Of a stretch of DNA of 32,055 nt, positions 31,889 to 32,055 are shown piece by piece. Position numbers and translations under genes: made by a program. How positions within the stretch are numbered: the stretch's first letter is position 1; every line of letters begins with the position of its first letter. Under the pieces are notes generated by a model, which saw only the letters and a list, made by a program, of their open reading frames with translations, was not told where the DNA came from and searched no databases. Source of the DNA: a virus (lineage: Duplodnaviria > Heunggongvirae > Uroviricota > Caudoviricetes); IMG/VR virus record IMGVR_UViG_3300040810_000833, positions 64,001 through 96,055 of that record. One strand, 5' to 3'.

Positions 31889-32055
31889 AACCCCTTGATA
31901 ACTATAATTTGATCTCGGGCCTCAAGCAAGACCTGAAGCGAGACCTGATCCCAGACCTGACTCCAGACCTGATCCTCGACCTGATTCCTAACCTGACGCT
32001 GAGCCTGAACCCAGACCTGATCCAAGACCTGACGCCGAGCCTGAACCCAGACCTG
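31885..32055 (-). CDS. QVxx tetrapeptide-repeat protein, copy E (C-terminal part; start beyond window)
   Basis: QVWVQARRQVLDQVWVQAQRQVRNQVEDQVWSQVWDQVSLQVLLEARDQIIVIKGL*; stop overlaps the next start; not in ORF track. Confidence 0.75.
   Translation of the reverse strand, partial: QVWVQARRQVLDQVWVQAQRQVRNQVEDQVWSQVWDQVSLQVLLEARDQIIVIKGL

Noticed and set aside
28833-32055. CRISPR array interpretation of the CAGGTC repeats
   Set aside because: Period is 12 nt with 6-nt variable parts, units are in-frame coding, and there are no cas genes or 25-40 nt repeat/spacer structure
13495-32055. A complete diversity-generating retroelement
   Set aside because: No reverse transcriptase, Avd or template/variable repeat pair is visible in this window; kept only as a hypothesis for the NNG-NNT pattern

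Overview
AT-rich, gene-dense segment of a large tailed-bacteriophage genome, read in standard code 11. Positions 1-12.2 kb (minus strand) hold phoH, a MazG-like gene, nrdB/nrdA, a thioredoxin-domain protein, a papain-like peptidase, membrane/virion-like genes, a GT4 glycosyltransferase and ssb. Positions 12.6-20.5 kb (plus strand) hold glycosyltransferase-like genes, a methyltransferase, YopX, an HNH nuclease, a PAP2 phosphatase and small hypothetical genes. The minus-strand block at 20.5-27.9 kb is the most unusual part, an RNA repair/translation-rescue island. It has an ATP-dependent RNA ligase and a circularly permuted two-piece tmRNA (tag AGRNVAMAA) whose intervening segment carries an HNH-type nuclease gene overlapping the mature tmRNA 5' end. 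It also has several non-canonical tRNA-like RNAs (one with three T-arms, one with a promoter inside), Ro60/TROVE (rsr), three Y-RNA-like genes alternating with tRNAs, rtcB and 12 tRNAs. Separately, a family of small QVxx tetrapeptide-repeat genes (12-nt unit CAGGTC-NNG-NNT) occurs five times, with two decayed remnants. All RNA structures were folded by eye and protein families assigned from recognised motifs; no database searches were run.
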